From an uncultured Chloroflexia bacterium (lineage in GTDB: Bacteria; Chloroflexota; Limnocylindria; QHBO01), in NCBI GenBank assembly GCA_963827475.1, contig CAWHAZ010000004.1, forward strand, positions 64,001-128,000: 64,000 nt of DNA. Reading direction: 5' to 3'. Every line of letters starts with the position of its first letter. Positions within the stretch are counted from its first letter, which is position 1. Under the pieces are notes generated by a model, which was not told the origin of the DNA, did no database searches, and saw only the letters and a program-made list of their open reading frames with translations. A program made the translations under genes and the position numbers. Positions 1-9,829 of this stretch are shown one piece after another.

Positions 1-2
1 TG

Positions 3-215
3 GTGTCCCCGGTGGTCGAGTCGATCGGGGACGCGCACGCCGAAAAGATCGCCGTCGCCAAGCTGAATACCGATGAGAACCAGGACCTCGCGATGCGCTA
101 CAGCATCTTCAGCATCCCCACCCTGATCCTGTTCAAGGACGGTCGCGAGGCCGCTCGCCTGGTCGGCTACATGCCGCAGCCGGTCATCGAGGAACGCCTG
201 AGGAACTGGCTCTAG
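3..215 (+). CDS. trxA: Thioredoxin, 5' end outside the window
   Basis: KLNTDENQDLAMRYSIFSIPTLILFKDG matches the thioredoxin C-terminal half with the cis-Pro IPT motif; the CxxC site lies upstream of the window. Confidence 0.9.
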   Translation: MSPVVESIGDAHAEKIAVAKLNTDENQDLAMRYSIFSIPTLILFKDGREAARLVGYMPQPVIEERLRNWL

Positions 216-225
216 GCCCACGCCG

Positions 226-834
226 ATGGCAGGACGGCCCCCACCCCGTCAGATCGTCATCCGGCCGGAGCGCCGGACCGGTTCCGAGCGTCGCAAGGCC
301 GAGGCCGAGGCCGAGGCGCCGGCCGACCGTCGGCAGGCCGACCGGCGGACGATGTGCTGGGAGGTCGAGAACTGCGACCTCGCCATCCGTTACCGCTGCC
401 CGGCCTTCATCCTGCGCCGCCCCTGCTGGGAGCTGTGGGCGGTCGAGGGCCTGGGACCGGCGCGGGCGTGCTGCCACAACGAGATCGACTGCGAGCCGGG
501 CCGGTGCGCGATCGCCGAGAAGCGCTTCGCCAGCACGGCCACGGCCACGGCCACGGCCGAACCGCTCGCCGTCCACGTCGGCCGCCGCGGGGCGCCGCTC
601 GGGTTCAGTCGGCCCCGGCGCCACAGCTGCCCGAACTTCTACGTGACCCACGGCTCGGGCGGCCGGATCCCGGTCGATGCCCCACACCTCTTGCGCTCGC
701 TGGCCAAGCAGGAGGGCACGGTCTCCCGCTGCCGCGTGCGCGGCGGCGTGCACCTCGACAGCGGCTACGTGACCGACCTGTGCCTCACCGGCCAGTACCG
801 CGACTGCGTGTTCTACGAGGACGAGGCGGACTGA
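226..834 (+). CDS. Cys-rich hypothetical protein resembling two-CW domain proteins
   Basis: CWE..C..CPA..CWE..CC..C..C, then a second cluster CPNFY..C..C..CVFY; N-terminal ERR/DRR repeats; fills the gap between trxA and folC. Confidence 0.65.
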   Translation: MAGRPPPRQIVIRPERRTGSERRKAEAEAEAPADRRQADRRTMCWEVENCDLAIRYRCPAFILRRPCWELWAVEGLGPARACCHNEIDCEPGRCAIAEKRFASTATATATAEPLAVHVGRRGAPLGFSRPRRHSCPNFYVTHGSGGRIPVDAPHLLRSLAKQEGTVSRCRVRGGVHLDSGYVTDLCLTGQYRDCVFYEDEAD

Positions 835-2186
835 CCACGGCCCTCTCCTATCCGGCCGCGGTGGCGGCCATCCGCAGCCGGGGCCGGTTCGGGGTCAGCC
901 TGGGCCTGGCCCGCATCAATCGTCTCCTGGCCGGGCTGGACCACCCTGAGCGCGAGCTGCGTGGGGCGTTGGTGGCCGGCACGAACGGCAAGGGCAGCGT
1001 CGTCGCCCTGGCCGGGGCGGTCCTGCGCGGCGCGCGCGTCGTGGTGGGGGCGATGCCGAAGCCGCACCTGGTCACCTACCGCGAGCGGATCACGGTGAAC
1101 GACGAGATGCTCGCCCCGCGCACCTTCGCCGCGGCGGTGGAGGCCGTCATCGAGGTCGCCGACCGGGTCACAACCGACGATGGGCCGCCGACCGAGTTCG
1201 AGGTGCTCACCGCTGCGGGGTTCTGGGCCCTCGCTCGGGCCGGGGTCGACGTGGCGCTGGTCGAGGTCGGCCTCGGCGGGCGCCTCGACGCGACCAACGC
1301 CGCCGATCTCGGGGTGGCCGCCATCACCAACGTGGCCCACGACCACGAGCGTCACCTGGGCCGGACGCTGGCCCTCATCGGGGCCGAGAAGGCGGCGATC
1401 ATCAAGGCCGGCGACCTGGCGGTGACCGGGGCTTCCGGCCGCGGGCTGGAACCGATCCGGGACCGATGCGGATCCCTCCGCGTGCCGCTCCGGCGCGCCG
1501 GTCGAGGCCAGGACTGGGACGCGCGCGTGCTGGACAGCGGCTGGGACGGAGTCCTGGTCGACCTGCGAACCCCCGCCGGAACCCTCCGTGACGTGCGGAT
1601 CGGCTTGCTGGGCAGCCACCAGGCAGCCAATGCCGCTGTCGCGGCTGCCCTCCTGGACGCGTTGCGGGAGGACGGGGAGCGGCGTGGCCGGCCCGTGGAC
1701 GTGGGCGAGGCGGCCCTCCGGTCCGGGATGGCGTCGGCCCGCTGGCCGGGCCGGCTCGAGCTGGTCCGGTCGGCCGCCGGCGGCCGCGACGTCCTGCTGG
1801 ACGGCGCCCACAACCCGGCCGGCGCTCGCGCGCTGGCCCGCGCCCTCGCGGAGCTCGGCGTGCGACGCTTCCCGTTGGTGTTCGGTGCGATGCGCGGCAA
1901 GCGGGTGACCGCCGTCCTGCGCGCCCTCGCCCCCCTCGAGCCACGGCCGGTGTTCACCGCCGTGGCGGACCCCCACGCCCACCCCCCGGAGGAGCTGCTG
2001 CGGACATGGCGGGTGGTCGTTCCGGACGCCCGCGGCGGCGCAGCGGGGACAGCGGCGGCCACGGTCGAGGAGGCGCTGACCCGGGCCGCGGCGGATTCGG
2101 GCACGGGCCCGGTGGTCGTCGCGGGATCGCTCTACCTGGTCGGAGCGGTCCGGGCCGCGCTGACCGGTCAGCCCGCGGACGCCTGA
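831..2186 (+). CDS. folC: Folylpolyglutamate/dihydrofolate synthase, probable CTG start
   Basis: VAGTNGKGS, PHLVTYRERI, EVGLGGRLDATN, WPGRLE, LDGAHNP and GSLYLVG motifs. Confidence 0.93.
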   Translation: MTTALSYPAAVAAIRSRGRFGVSLGLARINRLLAGLDHPERELRGALVAGTNGKGSVVALAGAVLRGARVVVGAMPKPHLVTYRERITVNDEMLAPRTFAAAVEAVIEVADRVTTDDGPPTEFEVLTAAGFWALARAGVDVALVEVGLGGRLDATNAADLGVAAITNVAHDHERHLGRTLALIGAEKAAIIKAGDLAVTGASGRGLEPIRDRCGSLRVPLRRAGRGQDWDARVLDSGWDGVLVDLRTPAGTLRDVRIGLLGSHQAANAAVAAALLDALREDGERRGRPVDVGEAALRSGMASARWPGRLELVRSAAGGRDVLLDGAHNPAGARALARALAELGVRRFPLVFGAMRGKRVTAVLRALAPLEPRPVFTAVADPHAHPPEELLRTWRVVVPDARGGAAGTAAATVEEALTRAAADSGTGPVVVAGSLYLVGAVRAALTGQPADA

Positions 2187-3443
2187 TGCGGACGCTGCGC
2201 TGGGGGGAGCGGACCTCCGTGATGGGGATCGTCAACGTGACGCCCGACTCGTTCTCGGGGGACGGCCTGGCCCCAGCCGGCCGGTCGGAGGACGAGATCG
2301 TGGCCGCCGCCCTGGAGCAGGCTCGCGAGTTCGTGGCCGCCGGGGCGGACCTGCTGGACGTCGGTGCCGAGTCGACCCGCCCGGCATCGGTCTACGGGGA
2401 GCACCTCCCGGTCGATGCCGAGACGGAAGCCCGGCTGGCCATCCCGGTCGTTGCGGCCCTGGCCGCGGAGCTCGGGGAGCGGGCGATGGTCAGCATCGAC
2501 ACCACCAAGGGCAGCGTGGCGGAGGCGGCCCTGGCCGCCGGCGCCGGGATGGTCAATGACGTGTGGGCCGCGTCCCGGGACCCGGGAACGGCCCGCGCCG
2601 CGGCGGCGGCGGGTGCGTACTTCGTCGCGATGCACAACAAGGACGTGGCCGAGTACCCCGACGGCGTCCTGCCCGAGGTCGTGGCCTGGCTCGGCGAGCG
2701 GGCCGAGGCCGCCGCGTCGGCCGGGGTCGCGGCCGACCGGATCGTGATCGACCCCGGCATCGGCTTCGGCAAGACCCCGGAGCACAGCCTGGAGGTCCTC
2801 CACCGGCTCGGGACGCTCCGCGACGCCCTGGACCTGCCGCTGTTGGTCGGCACCAGCCGCAAGCGGTTCATCGGCGACATCCTGGATGGCGCCCCGCCGG
2901 AGGATCGGTTGGAGGGAACAATCGCCAGCGTGGTGGCAGCGGTCGGCGCGGGGGCCGACATCGTCCGCGTCCACGACGTGGCTCCGGTGGTCCGTGCGGT
3001 CCGGGTCGCGGATGCCATCGTGCGACGCCGCCCGGCCGGCGAGACCGTGGGCGCAGGGATCGCGGCGCAGGAGTCGCCGCTCCCCGGCCGGATCACGGTG
3101 GCCGGAATCGCGGCCCGCGGCCGCCACGGCGTCAGCGACGAGGAACGGTCACGGGACCAGCCGTTCGAGGTCGACGTGACGGTCGCCGTGGATGTCGGCA
3201 ACGGCGGCCAGGGGCGACGATCTGGCGGGCACCGTCAACTACGCCGCGCTTCACGAGATGGTCATGACCCAGGTCGAGGCCACCACCTTCCACCTCCTCG
3301 AGACCCTGGCCGCGAGCATTGGTCAGGCCGTCCTCGAACGATGGCGTCAGGTCACGAATGTCGAGGTCGCCGTCCGCAAGCCGGAGGCGCCGATGCCAGG
3401 GCCGTTTTCGAAGGTCGAGGTCCGGGTCCGCCTCGGCCGCTGA
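2186..3443 (+). CDS. folP: Dihydropteroate synthase fused to dihydroneopterin aldolase (FolB); one indel near 3197
   Basis: MGIVNVTPDSFSGDG, DPGIGFGK, GTSRKRFIG and IVRVHDV read through without a stop into GRHGVSDEER..QPFEVDV; the FolB remainder (TVNYA..LLETLA..VRKP) is in the next frame. Confidence 0.85.
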
Positions 3444-3446
3444 CGG

Positions 3447-4718
3447 TCAGGGCTGGGCGGGAAGAGTCCCCAGGGTGACTTCGATCTCCAGCTCCTCGCC
3501 GCCGCGGAGAATGGTCAGCGGCACGACGTCGCCTGGACGGTAGGGAAGCAGCAGCACCACGACGTCATGGCCGCTGTCGACGGCCCGTCCGCCCAGCTCG
3601 GTGATGATGTCGCCCTGCTGCAGGCCGGCCACGGCGGCCGGGCTGTCGGGGAAGACCGCCGCCGCGCCGTTCGGACCCTCGTCGACCAGGGCCCCCTCCT
3701 CGACCGGGAGGCTCAGCTCGGCGGCGATCTGGCGGGTGACCATCGTGTACCACACGCCGACCCACGGGCGGGCGATCTCCTCGCCGCCGAGGGCGAGCGC
3801 CATGATCGGCTTGGCGAAGTCGATCGGGATCGCGAAACCGATGCCCTGGGCGTTGGTCGAGACCGCGGTGTTGATGCCGATGACCTGGCCCAGGCTGTTG
3901 ACCAGCGGGCCGCCCGAGTTGCCGGGGTTGATGGCGGCATCGGTCTGGATCAGGTGGCGGAGGTCCTCCGAGCCGGACGCGTCCCCGGCGCGAATGGCGC
4001 GCCCCAGTCCGGAGATGACGCCGGTCGTGACCGTGTCGGCGTAGTCGCCCAGCGGGTTGCCGATGGCGACCGCCAGCTGACCGATCTCGAGCACGCCCGA
4101 CGCGCCGATCGGCGCGGTCGGCAGATCGGTGCCGTCGATCTTGATGATCGCCAGGTCGGTCAGGGTATCGGTGCCGATGAGGGTCGCGTCGAACTGGCGG
4201 GAGTCCGCGAGGGTGACGATCATGCTCGCCGCGTCGCCGGCGACGTGACGGTTGGTGAGGATCCAACCATCGGGGTCGAAGATGAACCCCGAGCCGGATC
4301 CGGTGCCACCGGTGGACACCGTCACGTCGATCGTGACCACAGCCGGGGCGACGCTGCTCACCGCCTCGATGACCGCCGACGTCTCGTCGAGGGTGACCTC
4401 GTTGACGGTGGTGCCGGGCGGGATGCCCGGGCTGGCCTGCGGCTGGCTCAGACCGACCAGGTTGACGACCGCCAGTCCGGACAGGGAGCCGGCGACGATG
4501 CCGGCCGCGAGGGAGATGGCGATGAAGCCGAGCAGGCGTGGACGACGGGCGGGTGCCGGCTCGGGTGGCTCGGGCGGAAGAGAGCGACGGGTCGACCACG
4601 CCGGGGCGGAGGACCAGCTGTCGGAGCGGGCGGGGATCGGCGCGGTCGGATCGCTGGCGCCGTAGCGGTCGGTCTCGACCGCGGGTGGCTGCTCGACCTC
4701 GAAGTCGGAGTGGGTCAC
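3447..4718 (-). CDS. htrA: HtrA/DegP-like serine protease with N-terminal TM and one PDZ domain
   Basis: Catalytic triad motifs ILTNRHV, DLAIIK and GNSGGP; C-terminal PDZ (SPAAVAGLQQGDII). Confidence 0.92.
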   Translation of the reverse strand: MTHSDFEVEQPPAVETDRYGASDPTAPIPARSDSWSSAPAWSTRRSLPPEPPEPAPARRPRLLGFIAISLAAGIVAGSLSGLAVVNLVGLSQPQASPGIPPGTTVNEVTLDETSAVIEAVSSVAPAVVTIDVTVSTGGTGSGSGFIFDPDGWILTNRHVAGDAASMIVTLADSRQFDATLIGTDTLTDLAIIKIDGTDLPTAPIGASGVLEIGQLAVAIGNPLGDYADTVTTGVISGLGRAIRAGDASGSEDLRHLIQTDAAINPGNSGGPLVNSLGQVIGINTAVSTNAQGIGFAIPIDFAKPIMALALGGEEIARPWVGVWYTMVTRQIAAELSLPVEEGALVDEGPNGAAAVFPDSPAAVAGLQQGDIITELGGRAVDSGHDVVVLLLPYRPGDVVPLTILRGGEELEIEVTLGTLPAQP

Positions 4719-4779
4719 TGGAGAAGTGTGCGGGATCGCGCGTTAGCCGTCGGTCGGGACGGCGGTGAAGATTCGTTGA

Positions 4780-6321
4780 TCAATCACTGGCGGTTGGCAG
4801 TGCCTCGCCCGCGTGATCGGCAGCCGCTTCGGGCAGGGGGGCGTCTGCTCGTTCCCCAGCCGCGGCCGCGCCCTGGCGGGGCAGGACGACCCGGAAGGCG
4901 GCCCCCTCACCGAGGACGCTGGCCACCTCGATGAAGCCGCCATGCATCTCCACGATCGAACGGGCGATGGCGAGACCGAGCCCGCTGCCCGACGCCCGGG
5001 CCTCGCCGACGTTCGTCCCGCGGTAGAAGCGCTCGAAGATGCGGGGCAGCTCTCCGGGTGGGATGCCCGGACCGGTGTCGCTGACCTCGATCACGGCCGC
5101 ATCGGCCTGGTCGAGGATCTGGACCGCGACCGTCCCGCCGGAGGGCGTGAACTTCACCGCGTTGCCGACCAGGTTGTTCACCAGCTGGACGATCCGTTCC
5201 CGGTCGAAGCGGATGGCGACCGTCGTGGAGGGAGCGACGTAGGTGACCCCGATCTGCCGACTCGCCGCCGTCTCGGCCGAGGCCTCGACCGCGGCCCGGA
5301 CCGGCTCCCGCAGGTCGCCGATCCGCACGTCCATGGGGAAGATGCCCGCGTCGATGCGCGACAGGTCGAGGAGGTTGGCGCTCATCCACTCGAGGCGGCT
5401 GAGCTGCTCGCTGGACCGATCGAGGAACTCGAGCCGTGTCTCCTCGTCAACGGCGCCATCCCGCTCCAGCTCGTTGTAGGTGCGGAGCGCGGCGAGTGGC
5501 GTCCGCAGCTCGTGGCTCACGTCGGCGACGAATTCGCGGAGCCGGTCCCGGTCCGACTCGAGCAGCCGGAGCGACTCGGTCAGGCGGTCGGCCATGAGGT
5601 TGAACTGGTCGCCGAGCTGGTCGATCTCCTCCACCCCGGCTGGTGGTACGCGGGCGTCGAGGTGGCCACGGGCCAGCCGGCCGGCCAGCGTCCCGAGCTG
5701 GCTGAGCGGAACGGTCAGGCGGCGTGCGGCCCACACCCCGACGAGGACGGACACGAGCAGGGCGAGGGCCCCCGCGCCGACCAGCGCGCCACGGACCTGG
5801 GTCAGGGTGGCGTCACGGGTGGTGTACGGGACCGAGACGACCACCTCGAGCTGCAACGTCCCGTTGGGTGCGAGCGGCTGCTCGGAGAGCGGCAGCTCGA
5901 TCGAGAAGCCCACTCGGCTGGACGGGGCGAACGGATCGGGCGCCAGTCCCTGGCTCTCGGCGGTCTCCACGTCCTCCGGCTCGGCGAACGCCGCCTCGGA
6001 GCCGTCGACCACGTTGAACACCTCGACCGTGACCAGGAGTCCGTCGGCCGCCTCCTGCGCCGCGGGCTGGATGATCCGGGTCTCCCGCTGCTGCTGGTCG
6101 GTGAGGAACTCGCGCAGGGCGGACTGGTTGGCGGTGTCGATGATCAGAAGGGCGGTCGTCTGCGCCGCCGACTCGGTGGTCGCGCGGCCCTGCTCCTCGA
6201 AGTAGCCGGGCAGGATCTGGTTCAGGGCCACGCCACTGACGACGAGGGCCAGCAGGGCCGTGCTGGCGAGCGCCACCACCAGGCGGACGTCCAGGCGGCG
6301 GATGAACCGGCGGAGGAACGT
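4780..6321 (-). CDS. HAMP-containing sensor histidine kinase, start codon uncertain
   Basis: Two TM segments, HAMP, H-box VSHELRTPL, N-box NLVGNAVKF, DTGPGI, GSGLGLAI. Confidence 0.9.
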   Translation of the reverse strand, partial: TFLRRFIRRLDVRLVVALASTALLALVVSGVALNQILPGYFEEQGRATTESAAQTTALLIIDTANQSALREFLTDQQQRETRIIQPAAQEAADGLLVTVEVFNVVDGSEAAFAEPEDVETAESQGLAPDPFAPSSRVGFSIELPLSEQPLAPNGTLQLEVVVSVPYTTRDATLTQVRGALVGAGALALLVSVLVGVWAARRLTVPLSQLGTLAGRLARGHLDARVPPAGVEEIDQLGDQFNLMADRLTESLRLLESDRDRLREFVADVSHELRTPLAALRTYNELERDGAVDEETRLEFLDRSSEQLSRLEWMSANLLDLSRIDAGIFPMDVRIGDLREPVRAAVEASAETAASRQIGVTYVAPSTTVAIRFDRERIVQLVNNLVGNAVKFTPSGGTVAVQILDQADAAVIEVSDTGPGIPPGELPRIFERFYRGTNVGEARASGSGLGLAIARSIVEMHGGFIEVASVLGEGAAFRVVLPRQGAAAAGERADAPLPEAAADHAGEALPTASD

Positions 6322-6325
6322 GGGC

Positions 6326-7024
6326 TCAGTCCTCGGCGAACGCGTAGCCCACGCCACGCACCGTCTTGATGTACCGCGGCTCGGCGGGATCCGGCTCGAT
6401 CTTGTCGCGGATGTGGCTGATGTGGACGTTGATCGTCCGCTCGTCCTGCTCGACGGCCGCGTCGTAGTCGCGGACCAGCTCGAGCAGCTGGCTCCGCGTG
6501 AAGACCCGCCCCGGTCGCGCGGCAAGGTGGCGCAGCAGGTCGAACTCGGTGGCGGTCAGCGAGATCCGCTCCCCGGCCCGCGTCACCCGGCGTCGATCGA
6601 GGTCGATGAGCAGGTCACCGCGACGCAGGGTGTCCGCGGCCTGGGTGTCGGCCAGCTCCCCGTAGGCGCGGCGCAGCAGAGCCTTCACCCGGCTCGTCAG
6701 CTCCCGCAGGCTGAACGGCTTGACGAGATAGTCATCGGCGCCGATCTCGAGCCCGACGACCTTGTCCACCTCGTCGGTCCGTGCGGTGAGGAACAGGATC
6801 GGGACCCGGGTCTGGCGGCGCAGCTGGCGGCAGACCTCGAACCCGTCGATGCCCGGCAGGCGGACGTCGAGCAGGACCAGGTCGGGCGCCAGGTCGCTGA
6901 AGCGGCTGACCGCCTCCTCCCCGGTGGGGATGACGCTGACCCCGTAGCCTTCTCGCTCCAGGGCCACCTGGACGCCGCGGGCAACGGCCGGCTCATCCTC
7001 GACGATCATGATGCTGGCGGCCAC
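6326..7024 (-). CDS. OmpR/PhoB family response regulator
   Basis: IVEDE, LLDVRLP, GADDYLVKPF and winged-helix C-terminus IKTVRGVGY. Confidence 0.93.
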   Translation of the reverse strand: MAASIMIVEDEPAVARGVQVALEREGYGVSVIPTGEEAVSRFSDLAPDLVLLDVRLPGIDGFEVCRQLRRQTRVPILFLTARTDEVDKVVGLEIGADDYLVKPFSLRELTSRVKALLRRAYGELADTQAADTLRRGDLLIDLDRRRVTRAGERISLTATEFDLLRHLAARPGRVFTRSQLLELVRDYDAAVEQDERTINVHISHIRDKIEPDPAEPRYIKTVRGVGYAFAED

Positions 7025-7127
7025 GACCCGCGATTCTAGACCGATGGCCGCGCGCGCCCGTTTGCCCGCCCATCGGTCCACCTGTACCATCCGGCTTCGC
7101 ATTCCCGTCCTGGAGTCCCCCTGACCG

Positions 7128-7820
7128 ATGACCCTCGAGCTGGCCGTTGACGCCCGGAGCGTGCTCGGCAAGCAGACCAAGCGCCTGCGACGTGCCGGTG
7201 CCGTGCCCGGCGTCGTGTTCGGCAAGAACACGGCCTCCATCCCGGTCCAGGTCGACGCCAAGCGGTTCGAGACGCTGTACCACGCCGCCGGTCGGACGAC
7301 GATCTTCCAGCTGAACGTCCCGGGCGAGGGAGCGCGGAGCGCGATCATCAAGTCGGTCCAGCGCCACCCGTTGAGCGGTCGCGCGATTCACGTCGACTTC
7401 TTCCTGCCCGACCTCACGATCGAGCTGCAGGTCGACGTCCCTCTCGTCTTCACCGGTGAGGCGCCGGCCATCGAGGCCACCGGCGGGTCACTGTTCACCT
7501 CGCTCGACCACATCAAGGTCAGCGCCCTGCCGGCAAACCTGCCGCATGAGATCCCGGTCGACGTTTCGGTCCTCGTCGACCTCGACGTCGCCATCTATGT
7601 CCGCGACCTGGGCGTGGAGTCGGACACCGTCCACGTCCTGACCGACTCCGACGAGATCGTGGCCCGGGTCATGCCGCCACGCGTCATCGAGGAGCCGGAA
7701 GTGGTCGTCGAAGAGGGCGAGGAGGGGCTCGAGGGCGAGGCTCCGGAGGGCGAGGCCGGCGAAGGGGCCGAAGCCGGTGCCGAGCGAGGCGAGCCCCGAC
7801 CGAGCGAGGACGAGGGCTAG
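7128..7820 (+). CDS. rplY: 50S ribosomal protein L25 (Ctc long form)
   Basis: KRLRRAGAVPGVVFG, VQRHPLSG..IHVDF, beta-domain LPANLP and acidic tail. Confidence 0.93.
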   Translation: MTLELAVDARSVLGKQTKRLRRAGAVPGVVFGKNTASIPVQVDAKRFETLYHAAGRTTIFQLNVPGEGARSAIIKSVQRHPLSGRAIHVDFFLPDLTIELQVDVPLVFTGEAPAIEATGGSLFTSLDHIKVSALPANLPHEIPVDVSVLVDLDVAIYVRDLGVESDTVHVLTDSDEIVARVMPPRVIEEPEVVVEEGEEGLEGEAPEGEAGEGAEAGAERGEPRPSEDEG

Positions 7821-7834
7821 GCCGCTCCCTACTC

Positions 7835-8782
7835 TCACCGCCGCCGCGAGGCGCGCGGGTCGAACGCTTCGCGCATGCCGTCGCCCAGCAGGGTGAACCC
7901 GATCAGTGTCACTCCCAGCGCGATCATGGGCGGGATGACCAGCCACGGCGCGGTCCGGATCTCGTCGATGCCGATGTCGATCAGGCTGCCCCAGGAGGCC
8001 CGGGGCATCTGGACCCCGAGCCCGAGGAACGAGAGGGTCGACTCGGCCAGGATGGCCATCGGGATCCCGATGCTGACCGCCACGGCGATCGGTCCCATGG
8101 CCTGCGGGAGGATGTGCCGCCGGGCGATCGTGTTCTCGGGGACACCGATGGCTCGGGCCGCTTCAATGTCTTCTTTCTGCTTCAGGGACAGGGTCTGGCC
8201 ACGGACGAGCCGAGCGGTGCCGACCCAGGAGATGAGCCCGATCGCGACAAACGTGGTCAGCAGCCCGTTCTGGAGCCGGAACAGCGGGGTGTCGACCACG
8301 GCGGCCGAGACCATGATGATGAACAGCAGGTCCGGGAAGGTGCCGATGATGTCCGTGAACCGCATGAGCGCGGTTTCGACCTTGCCGCCGCGCCAGCCGG
8401 CCAACAGGCCGACCGGTACGCCGATGGCGACGACCACCAGCTGGGCGATGAGCGCGACCGTCAGCGATACCTGTGCTCCGTCCACCACCCGCGCCAGCTG
8501 GTCGCGGCCGAGCCGGTCGGTCCCCAGCGGATGTGCCGGGTCAACGCCGGGAGGGATCGCGCCGCGGTTGGCGACGACCGCTTCGAGGTCCTGCTCGTAG
8601 TACGTCCACGTGATGAAGAGCGGACCGATGAGCGCGATGGCGGTGATCGCCAGCACGATGACGAGGCCAGCGACACCCGACGGCGAGCGGAGAACCCGGC
8701 GGAGGGCGTCGTTCCAATAACCCCGGCTCCGCTTGAGCGGTACCGGCAGCTCCTCGACTCCGATGACGCGGGCGTCAGCCAC
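7835..8782 (-). CDS. oppC: Peptide/nickel ABC transporter permease (OppC/DppC)
   Basis: HPLGTDRLGRD, EAARAIG, HILP, ESTLSFLGLG and GDGMREAFDPR motifs. Confidence 0.9.
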   Translation of the reverse strand: MADARVIGVEELPVPLKRSRGYWNDALRRVLRSPSGVAGLVIVLAITAIALIGPLFITWTYYEQDLEAVVANRGAIPPGVDPAHPLGTDRLGRDQLARVVDGAQVSLTVALIAQLVVVAIGVPVGLLAGWRGGKVETALMRFTDIIGTFPDLLFIIMVSAAVVDTPLFRLQNGLLTTFVAIGLISWVGTARLVRGQTLSLKQKEDIEAARAIGVPENTIARRHILPQAMGPIAVAVSIGIPMAILAESTLSFLGLGVQMPRASWGSLIDIGIDEIRTAPWLVIPPMIALGVTLIGFTLLGDGMREAFDPRASRRR

Positions 8783-9773
8783 TGGGGACCGCCTCCGCGG
8801 TCACGATCCCGTCGCGGATCCGCGGGTCGACCGCGCCGTAGGCGACATCAACCAGCGCGTTGGCGACGGCCACGACCAGCGCATAGATGACCGTGACGGC
8901 CATCAGGGTGTTGTAGTCCCGATTCCGGATCGATTGGTAGTAGAGGTTGCCCAGCCCGTCCACGCCGAAGACCCGCTCGACGACGATGGAGCCGGTCACC
9001 AACAGGGCGAGGATCGTTCCACCGATGGTCAGGATCGGGATGGCGGCGTTCCGCAGGAGGTGGACGCGGACGATCCGATCCTCGTGGAGGCCCTTCGAGT
9101 GGGCGGTCCGGACGTAGTCGGAGTGGAGGATCTCGAGGACGCTGGCCTTCGTGTGCCGTGCGATCTGCGCCAGGGGAAGGGCCGCCATGGCGATGACAGG
9201 AAGGACCCAGCTCTGTGCGATATCGGAGAACCACGCGTCGCTGAACGGCTCCGGCACGAGGGTCGGCGGACAGCCGAACGGGCACCATGTGAACGGGTTG
9301 ATCGGGACGAGGAGTTGGAGAAACGCCGCAACAGCGAATGCTGGAGCCGCCATCCCGACCAGGCTGAGCGCGGTTGCCGCGCGGCCAACCATCGTCCGGT
9401 GTCGCATGGCGGCGATGAGCCCCAGCGGGACGCCGACGAGGACCGCCACCCCGAACGCCAGCCCACAGATGATCAGGGTCGGCCCCAGGGCGTGGACGAT
9501 CATCGCCCCGACCTCGCCGCCGGACGACATGCTCATTCCGAGGTCGCCCTGGATCAGCTTGGCGAGCCACATCAGGTACTGGACCGGAAGCGGCTGGTCG
9601 AGCCCGAACTCGGCGTTCAGCTCCGCGATGACCGCGGGGTCGAGCTGGCGACTGCCCGGCTCGCGATTCCATGGGCTGCCGGGAGCGACGTGCATGATCG
9701 CGAACGCCACGATCGAGGCCCCCAGGACGACGGGGACCACCCACAGCAGACGACGGATCGCGTATCCGAGCAG
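8775..9773 (-). CDS. oppB: Peptide/nickel ABC transporter permease (OppB/DppB), probable CTG start
   Basis: YAIRRLL N-terminus, GLDQPLPVQY, DYVRTAHSKGL, HLLRNA, VDPRIR; GGAGG lies 7 nt before CTG at 9773. Confidence 0.9.
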   Translation of the reverse strand: MLGYAIRRLLWVVPVVLGASIVAFAIMHVAPGSPWNREPGSRQLDPAVIAELNAEFGLDQPLPVQYLMWLAKLIQGDLGMSMSSGGEVGAMIVHALGPTLIICGLAFGVAVLVGVPLGLIAAMRHRTMVGRAATALSLVGMAAPAFAVAAFLQLLVPINPFTWCPFGCPPTLVPEPFSDAWFSDIAQSWVLPVIAMAALPLAQIARHTKASVLEILHSDYVRTAHSKGLHEDRIVRVHLLRNAAIPILTIGGTILALLVTGSIVVERVFGVDGLGNLYYQSIRNRDYNTLMAVTVIYALVVAVANALVDVAYGAVDPRIRDGIVTAEAVPSG

Positions 9774-9829
9774 CTCAGGACCTCCTGCGTACTACCCCGG
9801 CCGATGGCTCCGGGTTCAGTCGAACGGGG

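Noticed and set aside
531-558. GCCACG tandem repeat
   Set aside because: Short in-frame repeat encoding a Thr-Ala linker; it cannot shift frame and is not a CRISPR array.
3190-3205. Programmed ribosomal frameshifting at the broken genes
   Set aside because: No slippery heptamers or shared stimulatory structures; the breaks hit unrelated and essential genes such as cca, which fits assembly error.
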